Shown piece by piece: positions 15,654-22,907 of a DNA stretch of 24,000 nucleotides. The notes under the pieces are model-generated. The model ran no database searches. It had not been told where the DNA came from and worked only from the letters and a program-made list of their open reading frames with translations. Source of the stretch: Clostridium sp. (lineage in GTDB: Bacteria; Bacillota; Clostridia; Clostridiales; Clostridiaceae); contig NZ_JBOITO010000039.1 of the NCBI RefSeq assembly GCF_050717635.1, forward strand, positions 21,000 through 44,999, given 5' to 3'. Position 1 is the stretch's first letter. Every line of letters starts with the position of its first letter. Position numbers and translations under genes: made by a program.

Positions 15654-17809
15654 ATGATTTCCCCCTCAATCTCCAAAAACTCATTTATCTTTTGAATCAT
15701 TTTCACTTTACTTTTTTCTCGTCTTAAAACTTCCACCATATCTTCGTTGTCCAATATTTTACCTAACTGTATTAATGCATCTCTATGAGATGTTTTATCC
15801 ATGGCACACATTGCAAAAACCAAATCCACTGGGTCTTTATCTTTACTCCCAAATTTTATTGGGTTTTTTAATCTGACAAAACTCATACCTACTCTTTTTA
15901 CACCATTCTGTATCCTTGAATGTGGAAGAGCAATTCCTTGCCCTATAACTACATATGGTCCTAAATTTTCAATCTCTTCAATCATCGCATCGGTATATCG
16001 AGGTTCTATAAAATCATTTTCAGACAATATTTCTCCGGCTTTTCTTACAGCTTCTTTCCAGTCAGAAACAATTATATCCAAGGAAATAGTAGATTCTATT
16101 AAAAGATCTTTTAAGGAGTATTGAAAAATTTTCTTATTTATTGAATTCCTAGTTATTATATAGTTTTCTCTCAGTTCTTTCACCAATCCCTTGTTGTCTG
16201 TTATATTGCAATATTCACTAATTTTCCTTATAATATTTTCAATTAATTCATCATCTTGCAATATATTATCTTTAGGGTTTTCTTTATGTGGCACTTTACT
16301 TTTTTCTTTTAAATATTTTTTTAGTAGTTGTTTATCATTTTCATTAAGAAAGGAATTTACCAATATGCAATTTATTGGTGGTTTTTTTATTGGTATTGTG
16401 GATATTATAAGATCAATCTTCTTACCTTTTATATACTCTTCCATTTTGTGGAATGCAATTTTCCCAACAATATTAACATCAAATTCTGCATCTATCCTCA
16501 AGGCAAGAAGCTCCGATGTACTATTCCCAGCACTACATATAATTAGAATGTTCTTAGACAAGCCTATTGAATCAATACTTTTAAATTTTTCTATTGTAAC
16601 TTCAAAAAGTATTGTAAAATATCCAATTTCCTCATCTGATAGTTTGCTGTCAGTGTATCTCTCCAAAGGCGTAAGACACTCTTTAACAGTATCAAACAAT
16701 CCACCATATTCACATTTTATTTGTTTAATTAAGGGATTTTTTAGTGGAATATTATTTTTTAATCTAAAAACAGCTGGCCGTATATGATTTATCAATCTGT
16801 CAAACAAACTTTCATCACAGTTAAAATTAACATTAAGCATTTTATTCATATTCTTAATGATTTCATTTATTAACATTTCTAATTCCATATAATTTTTATT
16901 ATCAGTTTCTTCTTGCAGCGTAACCCCTCCACTTAATAATTGCTGGGCAATATGAGTTATTTCAACTAATGGAATTTCTATATTAAAATGTTTTTCAATC
17001 ATATTTACTATATATTCAGATACAGAAAATTCAGTAGTATACTGGATATACTCAATATCCTCACTATGCATAGTAATATTAATATTTCTATATAATAATA
17101 TTCTTTTAATAACCACTGCAATATATATTATAATACTTGTGAAAGCTTCATCAGAAAAAACTAATTTCAAATCTTCTTCCGTTATTTTAATACATTTTTT
17201 TATATACTCTAAGTCAACATCATAAAGAACTTTAATAATATTAGAACTTAATTTAAATTCATCTAAATCTAACGCTGTACTTAAATGTGCTTCACTAATA
17301 AGTAGCTGAGTTATCATTGCCCATATTTTATCTTCTTCTCCCTCCACTTTTAAACCATAGTTTGGCATTGCTACTAAAATTAAGCCATTATCCTCTAAAG
17401 CTTTTTTTACACCTTTTAGATCAGTTATCACAGTTGTCCGACTTACACAAAGTATGTCTGCTAAATCATTTATTACAATAAAATCTTTTCTTTGAAGCAA
17501 TTCAAAAAGAATTATTGTTAACCTTTCATTTGACGAAAGCACATATTCGGATGATCTTTCATCACACCTAATAGTTTCTATAACGTTTTCATATGCGTCA
17601 AGACTTAATTCTATCCCAGAGTTAGGTTTTCTAATTAATCTAGATAATCCCTTCTTTTCAAAATAATAATCTATTTCATCAAGATCATATCTTATCGTTC
17701 TTCCACTTACATTGAATAATTCTGATAATTCTTTGACGGTAACAGGTTTATTAGAACCGCATATCTGTAGAATTATTTGATTGGTTCTTTTTCTAAGTAT
17801 TATGCTCAC
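15650..17809 (-). CDS. PRD-domain transcriptional regulator of the MtlR/LicR (BglG-family) type: two wHTH domains, two PRDs, an EIIB-like domain and an EIIA-like domain.
   Basis: N-terminal wHTH (VTVKELSELFNVSGRTIRYDLDEI), a second wHTH (INDLADILCVSRTTVITDLKGV), and a PRD-like block (LINHIRPAVFRLKNN...). The EIIB-like cysteine is in ILIICSAGNST, and the EIIA_2-like C-terminus has GIALPHSR. The 5' end is uncertain because the only canonical start, GTG 17809, overlaps the SD AGGGAGG. Confidence 0.85.
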   Translation of the reverse strand: MSIILRKRTNQIILQICGSNKPVTVKELSELFNVSGRTIRYDLDEIDYYFEKKGLSRLIRKPNSGIELSLDAYENVIETIRCDERSSEYVLSSNERLTIILFELLQRKDFIVINDLADILCVSRTTVITDLKGVKKALEDNGLILVAMPNYGLKVEGEEDKIWAMITQLLISEAHLSTALDLDEFKLSSNIIKVLYDVDLEYIKKCIKITEEDLKLVFSDEAFTSIIIYIAVVIKRILLYRNINITMHSEDIEYIQYTTEFSVSEYIVNMIEKHFNIEIPLVEITHIAQQLLSGGVTLQEETDNKNYMELEMLINEIIKNMNKMLNVNFNCDESLFDRLINHIRPAVFRLKNNIPLKNPLIKQIKCEYGGLFDTVKECLTPLERYTDSKLSDEEIGYFTILFEVTIEKFKSIDSIGLSKNILIICSAGNSTSELLALRIDAEFDVNIVGKIAFHKMEEYIKGKKIDLIISTIPIKKPPINCILVNSFLNENDKQLLKKYLKEKSKVPHKENPKDNILQDDELIENIIRKISEYCNITDNKGLVKELRENYIITRNSINKKIFQYSLKDLLIESTISLDIIVSDWKEAVRKAGEILSENDFIEPRYTDAMIEEIENLGPYVVIGQGIALPHSRIQNGVKRVGMSFVRLKNPIKFGSKDKDPVDLVFAMCAMDKTSHRDALIQLGKILDNEDMVEVLRREKSKVKMIQKINEFLEIEGEII

Positions 17810-17835
17810 CTCCCTATTGTTTATTGCTTAATTTT

Positions 17836-17844
17836 AGTATATCA
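17836..17844 (-). promoter_or_regulatory. Possible extended -10 promoter for the regulator/PTS operon.
   Basis: The minus strand reads TGATATACT (TGnTATACT), the rc of 17836-17844, about 27 nt upstream of the coding start. The -35 is poor. Confidence 0.3.
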
Positions 17845-18031
17845 GCTTAAAGATTATTTAAAAGAACAGTTTTCTTCTAAACGATTGTGGCAAAGTGTGT
17901 ATTAAAGTATACATTAACGAAAAATATGTAGCATGTAAGTAATATATACATTATAATTAAAAGTGTATGCTTTTAAGGTGAATAATAAACTAAAATTCGA
18001 TATAATTCTAAATAAATTTTAGGAGGAAACG

Positions 18032-18850
18032 ATGAAAAAGAAAAATTTGACATATATGGTCTTGTTAAGAATAATGCTAGTGGCATCTTTAGTTCTTACA
18101 TCACTAGGTTTTTTTTGGATACATGATATAAATAAACAGGCCAAAAATGATTCAAATGAAATTAAAGAAATTCAAATGAATTATATAAAATCAGAGCTCA
18201 GCAGTAAAGTAAGTTCTATGGTTGAATATACAAACTATTGTAGAAAATAGACAGAAATTATTTTAAGAACTAATTTAAAAGCCAAAGTAGAAGAAGCAAA
18301 ATCAATAATAAATTCCATTTATAATACCAATAGAGATACAAAAACAAAAGAAGAAATTACAGAGCTTATTAAAAGTGCACTAAGAGATATTCGATTTAAT
18401 AACAATAGAGGCTACTATTTTATAGATACTTTAGGTGGAGATGTAGTTTTATATCCCGTTTATCCTGAGAGTGAAGGCGGAAACATAATTAATTTACAGG
18501 ATGATTTAGGCAACTTTGCGCTGCAAGAAGAAATAGGAATGATTAAAGAAAAATCCCACGGGTTTATCGAGAGATTTTGGAAAAAACAACCAACAATATT
18601 TATTTGTACATGATTTTAAAGGTGTGGAACTAGCAAATGGTCTTTTCCCACAGTTAATAGGCACTAATAATTATAAATTAGAAGATTTAAATTGTAGAAA
18701 AGTTGTTCAAGAACAAATTGAAATGGCTAAGACACAAGAAAAGGGGTTCTTGATTCATTATTGGAGGTTACCTGCTGGAAATAAAAAAATCTGATGATTA
18801 TTTATATGAAGCTAAGAATAACGGAAGAGATCAAATAGTATCAAATGTAG
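18032..18850 (+). pseudogene. Decayed sensor diguanylate cyclase: signal/TM anchor, Cache-type extracytoplasmic sensor, and a GGDEF tail.
   Basis: Good SD (AGGAGGA) and ATG at 18032, followed by an N-terminal TM helix. An in-frame TAG lies at 18248-18250. The same frame continues with Cache-like sequence (RFNNNRGYYFIDTLGGDVVLYP...GFIERFWKK). The frame breaks near the A6 run at 18581-18586, and a second Cache-like piece runs in frame 3 (FVHDFKG...GFLIHYWRLP). After the A7 run at 18783-18789 only the extreme GGDEF C-terminus remains (DDYLYEAKNNGRDQIV). The second TM helix and nearly all of the GGDEF domain are missing. The 3' boundary is approximate. Confidence 0.75.
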
Positions 18851-18902
18851 AGCATAAAACCAACCCCTTAATTGAGATTGGTTTTATGCTTACTTTTATT
18901 TT
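18851..18902 (+). terminator. Rho-independent terminator.
   Basis: Perfect 13-bp inverted repeat AGCATAAAACCAA (18851-18863) / TTGGTTTTATGCT (18878-18890) with a 14-nt loop, followed by TACTTTTATTTT. Confidence 0.7.
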
Positions 18903-18925
18903 CTTCATAACTTCACAAAGAATGG

Positions 18926-19246
18926 TTATTTTATATTTGGTGTTTTAACATTTAAAACACTAAATGCTTCACCTTGATCTGCCCATAGTGCCATGTTAGT
19001 ATTAGGTTCACAAACAATAATATCAGTTGCGTTAACTACAGCTTTTTCTTCTCCAATTTGTATTGTTCCTTTACCAGAAATAACATAAAAAAATACATCA
19101 ACAGGCACCTTATGGCGAGCAACTTCATCCCCAGGTTGCAAATTCAAATTCATAACTCTTGTGTTATCATGGCTTATAAGTTGTTTAACTACAACTCCTC
19201 TCATATTCTTATTGCCTTCAATTTCATTCATTCTAATAATATTCAT
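18926..19246 (-). CDS. Small cupin-domain protein (cupin_2 type).
   Basis: 106 aa. The pattern LQPGDEVARHKVPVDVFFYVISGKGTIQIGEE...GDIIVCEPN fits the two-motif cupin beta-barrel, though it is His-poor. GAAGGAGA SD lies 6 nt upstream of the ATG. Confidence 0.75.
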   Translation of the reverse strand: MNIIRMNEIEGNKNMRGVVVKQLISHDNTRVMNLNLQPGDEVARHKVPVDVFFYVISGKGTIQIGEEKAVVNATDIIVCEPNTNMALWADQGEAFSVLNVKTPNIK

Positions 19247-19356
19247 TATATTTCTCCTTCATATTTTATTTTTTCTACTCCTTAAAATACAATTAAATTT
19301 TCATCTAATTGCTTGTTATTTATATTCTATCCCTATAGACCTATTTTTAATGTGAT

Positions 19357-22185
19357 TTAAATCAAATCTCTGATATCCTTTTTATTTAAGATAAATCTAT
19401 CAAGTAATATTAAAACTGGAGGTAATATTATAAAGGTACTAATCAAAGCTAATGATATATTTATTACTGTCATTAAGCCAAAGTCCTTTAATATTATAAA
19501 CTGAGAAGCCATTAGCACTGAAAATCCTCCTATGGTAGTAAGCCCTGATGCTACTATAGCTTTCCCAATCTTTGTAACAGCTATTACTATAGCTTCTGTT
19601 TTGTGTTTTCCTGATTTCCTCTCTTCTAGATACCTTTCCATTAGCATTACTGTCATTTCCGTTCCCATACCAAGAACTAAAGCCCCTAGAGTTGCTGTAA
19701 TAGGTGTATACTTTAGACCTAATGAATACATTACTCCACTAGACATTCCCACTATTAAAATCACAGGAAATATTGGAATAAATGCCTTAACTGGATTTTT
19801 GTATATAAGAAGTAGAGCAAGCAGTACGAGTCCTATCCCTATAATTGTCATCTTAACTCTTCCCGATGTAAGCCCTTTAACCATTTCAACATCTAACATA
19901 GATTTCCCTGTTACTTGCACTTCCATAGAGGAATCACTTAAATCTGCTTTTATTTTTGTTACAAAATCTTGTAACTGCTCTGTACTCACATGTTTAATAT
20001 TAAGTAACATTACAGATTCTGTTTTTTTATCATTTAAAAACATTTTCTTCTGTTGTTCCGGTAGTGTTTTAACTAGTTCAATATAGTCTACATAGCTTAA
20101 ATTCTCATCTGTTGAAACGTTATTAACCAAGGTATCTATGGATTTTACATCTACTACAATATCTCCATACTTTCCCTTTATATCTTTTGTTTCAGATTTT
20201 ATCCAATCTATATTTTTTTCACTCAAAATATTACTATCTTTTAGATATATAGCCATCTGATCTGTTGAACCTACTTCATCTCTAATAGCATGTATATCCT
20301 CCAAAGCTTTCATATCTTGAGGCATAAAGGTTTCGATATCCGTTTCTACACCTATATTTTTATCAACTATATATCCCATAGAGGACAAAACTATTACAAT
20401 TATTAATACAACAACTGAATATTTTATAACTGCTTTTGTAGTACTTTTTAAAATTCTATCTAATAGGCTTTCACTATTAAATTCTTTTACTTTATTTTCT
20501 TTTGGTATATCCGATTTATCCCTTAAATGTAGTATTGGCAAAAGTAGAAGCATACTTCCGATAAAGCTTATTATTACTCCTATTGTTAGCATCTTTCCAA
20601 AATCTTGAATCATAGGAACTGGTGAAGCATATAGTGATATAAATCCTAAAACTGTAGCTAAAACTGCAATTGCTAAAGCTTTACCTATCTGACTTAGAGT
20701 CCTCGCTGTGGATTTCTCTTCCTCATATCTATTTTGAAATTGTATTGAGTAGTCTATCCCAAGACCTATTAATATTGGAAATACTGCCATTGACACCATA
20801 GTAATGGGTATACTTAAAATTCCCATAAATCCTAGAGTTGCAATTACAGATACTAATATAATACCTAAACTTAGCATTCTCCATCTCACTTTAAAAACAA
20901 TAGCAAGAACTATAAACATTATAAAAACTGCAAGTCCAACCATTATTGCCATATTAGATTTCATTTCACTTCTCAATGATGAATCTAACACTGGTTTTCC
21001 TGATACTACATACGAAATATTTTTAAAACCTTCCTTTTCTAATGCTGTACTCACATCTTTAGATATCTGATCTTTATATTCATCCCCTAAATTACCTTGT
21101 AGTTTTACAACCATTAAAGTATGTTCATTATCTAATATTACATCGGAAAACATTGAACGAATCTTATTAGTTTCATCTTCGTATAATATACTATCGAGTC
21201 CTACCTGGTCTCCTGGTATATCTGCCACCATCATATTGCTTTTGTCGTAAAAAATTCCCAGTCCTTTAGATGCATCTCCAAGTTTTTCTCCCATAGTAAT
21301 AAATCCTGATGCCATTTCTTTTAACTCATCTGGTGAAATACCCCCTGTAAGTCCCGCTTTCATAGATGAGGTTTCCCCTGCTAATTTACTACTTATACCT
21401 GTCAATGCTTTGGATGTGTTTTTAGTTCCTTCTTGAATATTTTCTGTCTTTTCTCCCATGCTTCTAATACCTTTAGAGCTTTTATTTATATTTTCTGATA
21501 TACCATTTAATTTCATTTTTAATTGTTGATTTTCACCAGCTAAATTACTAAGTTCCTTTAATTGACTTGATGCTTCGCTTAGTCCATCTGCTGCAGTTAG
21601 AAGTCCTCCTTTAAGCTGTTTTGCGCCCTCTGTTAGCTTGTTTTGTCCTATAATAAGCTTATCGAAAGCCTCTGTTGATTTAGATAGACTATTTAATTTT
21701 TCTTCTAATTCCTTTGGATCCTTTACTTTCTTTGAATTAAGTTCATTCCCAACATTTATAATTTTAGTGCTCATGTCATTTAATCCATCACTTAATGTAA
21801 GTATTTGTTTTTTTATTTCTATACTTTGCCTTTCTGTCATTTGATGAACAATGCTAGCTGGACTCATAAATGAAAAAATATTTTCTTCGTATTTAAATTT
21901 CTTCTCCACATCCCACATTTTTTGTATATTTTCATGAGATAATAAATTTCTCTTTGAAGGATCTGTAAATAAAACAAGAATAGAATCTCCACCAAAGGTT
22001 GTTTCCATATTTTTGTTTGATATATATACATCGTTATCCGTCTTAACCAAAGTTTCATTCCCTGTTGCCATTCTAACATTTGAAACTCCTGCTATTAATA
22101 CGCCAAATAATACTACTGACGCTAATAGTATTTTAATCGGCTTTTTCTCTATTGAACTACCTAACCATTTAAATAATCTATCCAT
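19357..22185 (-). CDS. MMPL/RND-superfamily membrane exporter with a heptad-repeat insert in the first extracytoplasmic loop.
   Basis: 942 aa with two 6-TM bundles (about aa 415-560 and 775-930 of the track ORF), each preceded by a large soluble loop. This architecture is typical of the MMPL/YdfJ family. Start at ATG 22185, 9 nt after GGGGGGGA; the track TTG at 22194 abuts the SD. Confidence 0.85.
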   Translation of the reverse strand: MDRLFKWLGSSIEKKPIKILLASVVLFGVLIAGVSNVRMATGNETLVKTDNDVYISNKNMETTFGGDSILVLFTDPSKRNLLSHENIQKMWDVEKKFKYEENIFSFMSPASIVHQMTERQSIEIKKQILTLSDGLNDMSTKIINVGNELNSKKVKDPKELEEKLNSLSKSTEAFDKLIIGQNKLTEGAKQLKGGLLTAADGLSEASSQLKELSNLAGENQQLKMKLNGISENINKSSKGIRSMGEKTENIQEGTKNTSKALTGISSKLAGETSSMKAGLTGGISPDELKEMASGFITMGEKLGDASKGLGIFYDKSNMMVADIPGDQVGLDSILYEDETNKIRSMFSDVILDNEHTLMVVKLQGNLGDEYKDQISKDVSTALEKEGFKNISYVVSGKPVLDSSLRSEMKSNMAIMVGLAVFIMFIVLAIVFKVRWRMLSLGIILVSVIATLGFMGILSIPITMVSMAVFPILIGLGIDYSIQFQNRYEEEKSTARTLSQIGKALAIAVLATVLGFISLYASPVPMIQDFGKMLTIGVIISFIGSMLLLLPILHLRDKSDIPKENKVKEFNSESLLDRILKSTTKAVIKYSVVVLIIVIVLSSMGYIVDKNIGVETDIETFMPQDMKALEDIHAIRDEVGSTDQMAIYLKDSNILSEKNIDWIKSETKDIKGKYGDIVVDVKSIDTLVNNVSTDENLSYVDYIELVKTLPEQQKKMFLNDKKTESVMLLNIKHVSTEQLQDFVTKIKADLSDSSMEVQVTGKSMLDVEMVKGLTSGRVKMTIIGIGLVLLALLLIYKNPVKAFIPIFPVILIVGMSSGVMYSLGLKYTPITATLGALVLGMGTEMTVMLMERYLEERKSGKHKTEAIVIAVTKIGKAIVASGLTTIGGFSVLMASQFIILKDFGLMTVINISLALISTFIILPPVLILLDRFILNKKDIRDLI

Positions 22186-22218
22186 GTAGACCAATCCCCC
22201 CCTATTTATAACTGTTAT

Positions 22219-22776
22219 TTATAATATAAGTGATATTATTTTCTTAACATATTTTTTAATGTTTTCTTCATTTGCTTCTGGCATATATAAAAATGATAAT
22301 ATTCCACCCATTAACATCCTTAAAGTGATATCTTCATCCTCTTTAGGTATACCCATTTTAGTTAAAATACTTTTTAGAACTTTCAGGATTTTCTCTATAA
22401 AATTTTCATTTCCCAGTTCAGTTAAAAGGTGCGATTCCATAAGAATTAATTTAATTATTTCACGATTTTCTGATATTAAGCTAATCCTATCATAAAGAAT
22501 ATATTCTAATTTCCCTAAGGGGCTCAATTCCTTTGAATCATCTATTGTTTGTTTTAATGTACTAAATAAAATAGGTTCAATCCCTTTTAAAAATATCTCT
22601 TGTTTAGAAGAAAAATTTCTAAACAATGTTACTTCTGATATTTCTGCTGCTTTTGCTATTTCTAAAGTAGTACTGGCATTAAACCCTTTTTCAACAAATA
22701 TCGTCATAGCTGCTTGTAATATTTGTTTCATTCTATCATCTTTATTCATTCTTTTTTTTATTTTTTTAGTTTCCAT
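22219..22776 (-). CDS. TetR/AcrR-family transcriptional repressor.
   Basis: N-terminal HTH ILQAAMTIFVEKGFNASTTLEIAKAAEISEVTLFRNFSSKQEIF. 185 aa. AAGGAGG SD upstream. It lies 33 nt upstream of the MMPL gene, consistent with an operon. Confidence 0.9.
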   Translation of the reverse strand: METKKIKKRMNKDDRMKQILQAAMTIFVEKGFNASTTLEIAKAAEISEVTLFRNFSSKQEIFLKGIEPILFSTLKQTIDDSKELSPLGKLEYILYDRISLISENREIIKLILMESHLLTELGNENFIEKILKVLKSILTKMGIPKEDEDITLRMLMGGILSFLYMPEANEENIKKYVKKIISLIL

Positions 22777-22809
22777 ATTGCCTCCTTATGTATGTAAGTG
22801 CTTACTAAC

Positions 22810-22832
22810 ATATCATATAATAAGTATGATAT
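22810..22832. promoter_or_regulatory. Candidate TetR operator: an inverted repeat overlapping the -10 and spacer.
   Basis: ATATCATA (22810-22817), 7 nt, then TATGATAT (22825-22832), a perfect 8-bp inverted repeat. A second small palindrome GTAAG-TG-CTTAC lies just downstream in the leader (22796-22807). Confidence 0.45.
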
Positions 22833-22840
22833 AATGTCAA
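22812..22840 (-). promoter_or_regulatory. Sigma-A promoter of the TetR-MMPL operon.
   Basis: The minus strand reads TTGACA (rc of 22835-22840), a 17-nt spacer, then TATGAT (rc of 22812-22817), about 35 nt upstream of the TetR ATG. Confidence 0.65.
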
Positions 22841-22845
22841 CGTTT

Positions 22846-22900
22846 TTATAAAAATATAAATCACCATAATAACTTAACATCTAAGCTATTATGGTGATTT
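22846..22900 (-). terminator. Rho-independent terminator of hcp.
   Basis: Perfect 14-bp inverted repeat AAATCACCATAATA (22858-22871) / TATTATGGTGATTT (22887-22900) with a 15-nt loop. T-rich tracts lie on both sides. It begins 8 nt after the hcp stop. Confidence 0.8.
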
Positions 22901-22907
22901 ATATTTT

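Noticed and set aside
16191-16787. A 198-aa plus-strand ORF, together with many similar 64-184-aa ORFs in the track: 5096-5323, 5983-6315, 7690-7917, 8633-8899, 9471-9683, 10265-10462, 12343-12558, 12977-13213, 13295-13579, 13576-13776, 14656-14856, 15801-16124, 16328-16546, 19058-19285, 19161-19355, 19532-20086, 20804-21070, 21638-21844, 21864-22079 and 22259-22495.
   Set aside because: Nearly all lie inside much longer ORFs that carry strong family motifs. Most are antisense, and a few are same-strand in another frame. 19058-19285 and 19161-19355 extend from the cupin gene into the cupin-MMPL spacer. Their translations are I/L/F/S-rich low-complexity sequence, as expected from the shadow frames of AT-rich coding DNA. 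They have no recognisable motifs and no SD. I treat them as shadow ORFs.
17875-17888. A possible catabolite-responsive element (cre), TCTAAACGATTGTG, upstream of the PTS regulator.
   Set aside because: It has too many mismatches to TGWAANCGNTNWCA at the invariant outer TG/CA positions. Only the central CG core matches.
18248-18250. The in-frame TAG in the Cache-GGDEF gene as possible programmed read-through or pyrrolysine.
   Set aside because: The gene also carries frame breaks and a large internal deletion. No pyl genes or PYLIS-like context are visible. An ordinary nonsense mutation in a decaying gene is the simpler explanation.
19247-19356. The spacer between the MMPL stop and the cupin start, with a second SD-like AAGGAG and a 9-codon ORF (MKEKYNEYY) overlapping the cupin start.
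   Set aside because: The SD-like motif is 14 nt from that ATG, which is too far. The mini-ORF is out of frame with the cupin gene and shows no other support. The region more likely just holds a weak internal promoter (TTGTAT-18-TAAAAT) for the cupin gene, which I could not support well enough to list.
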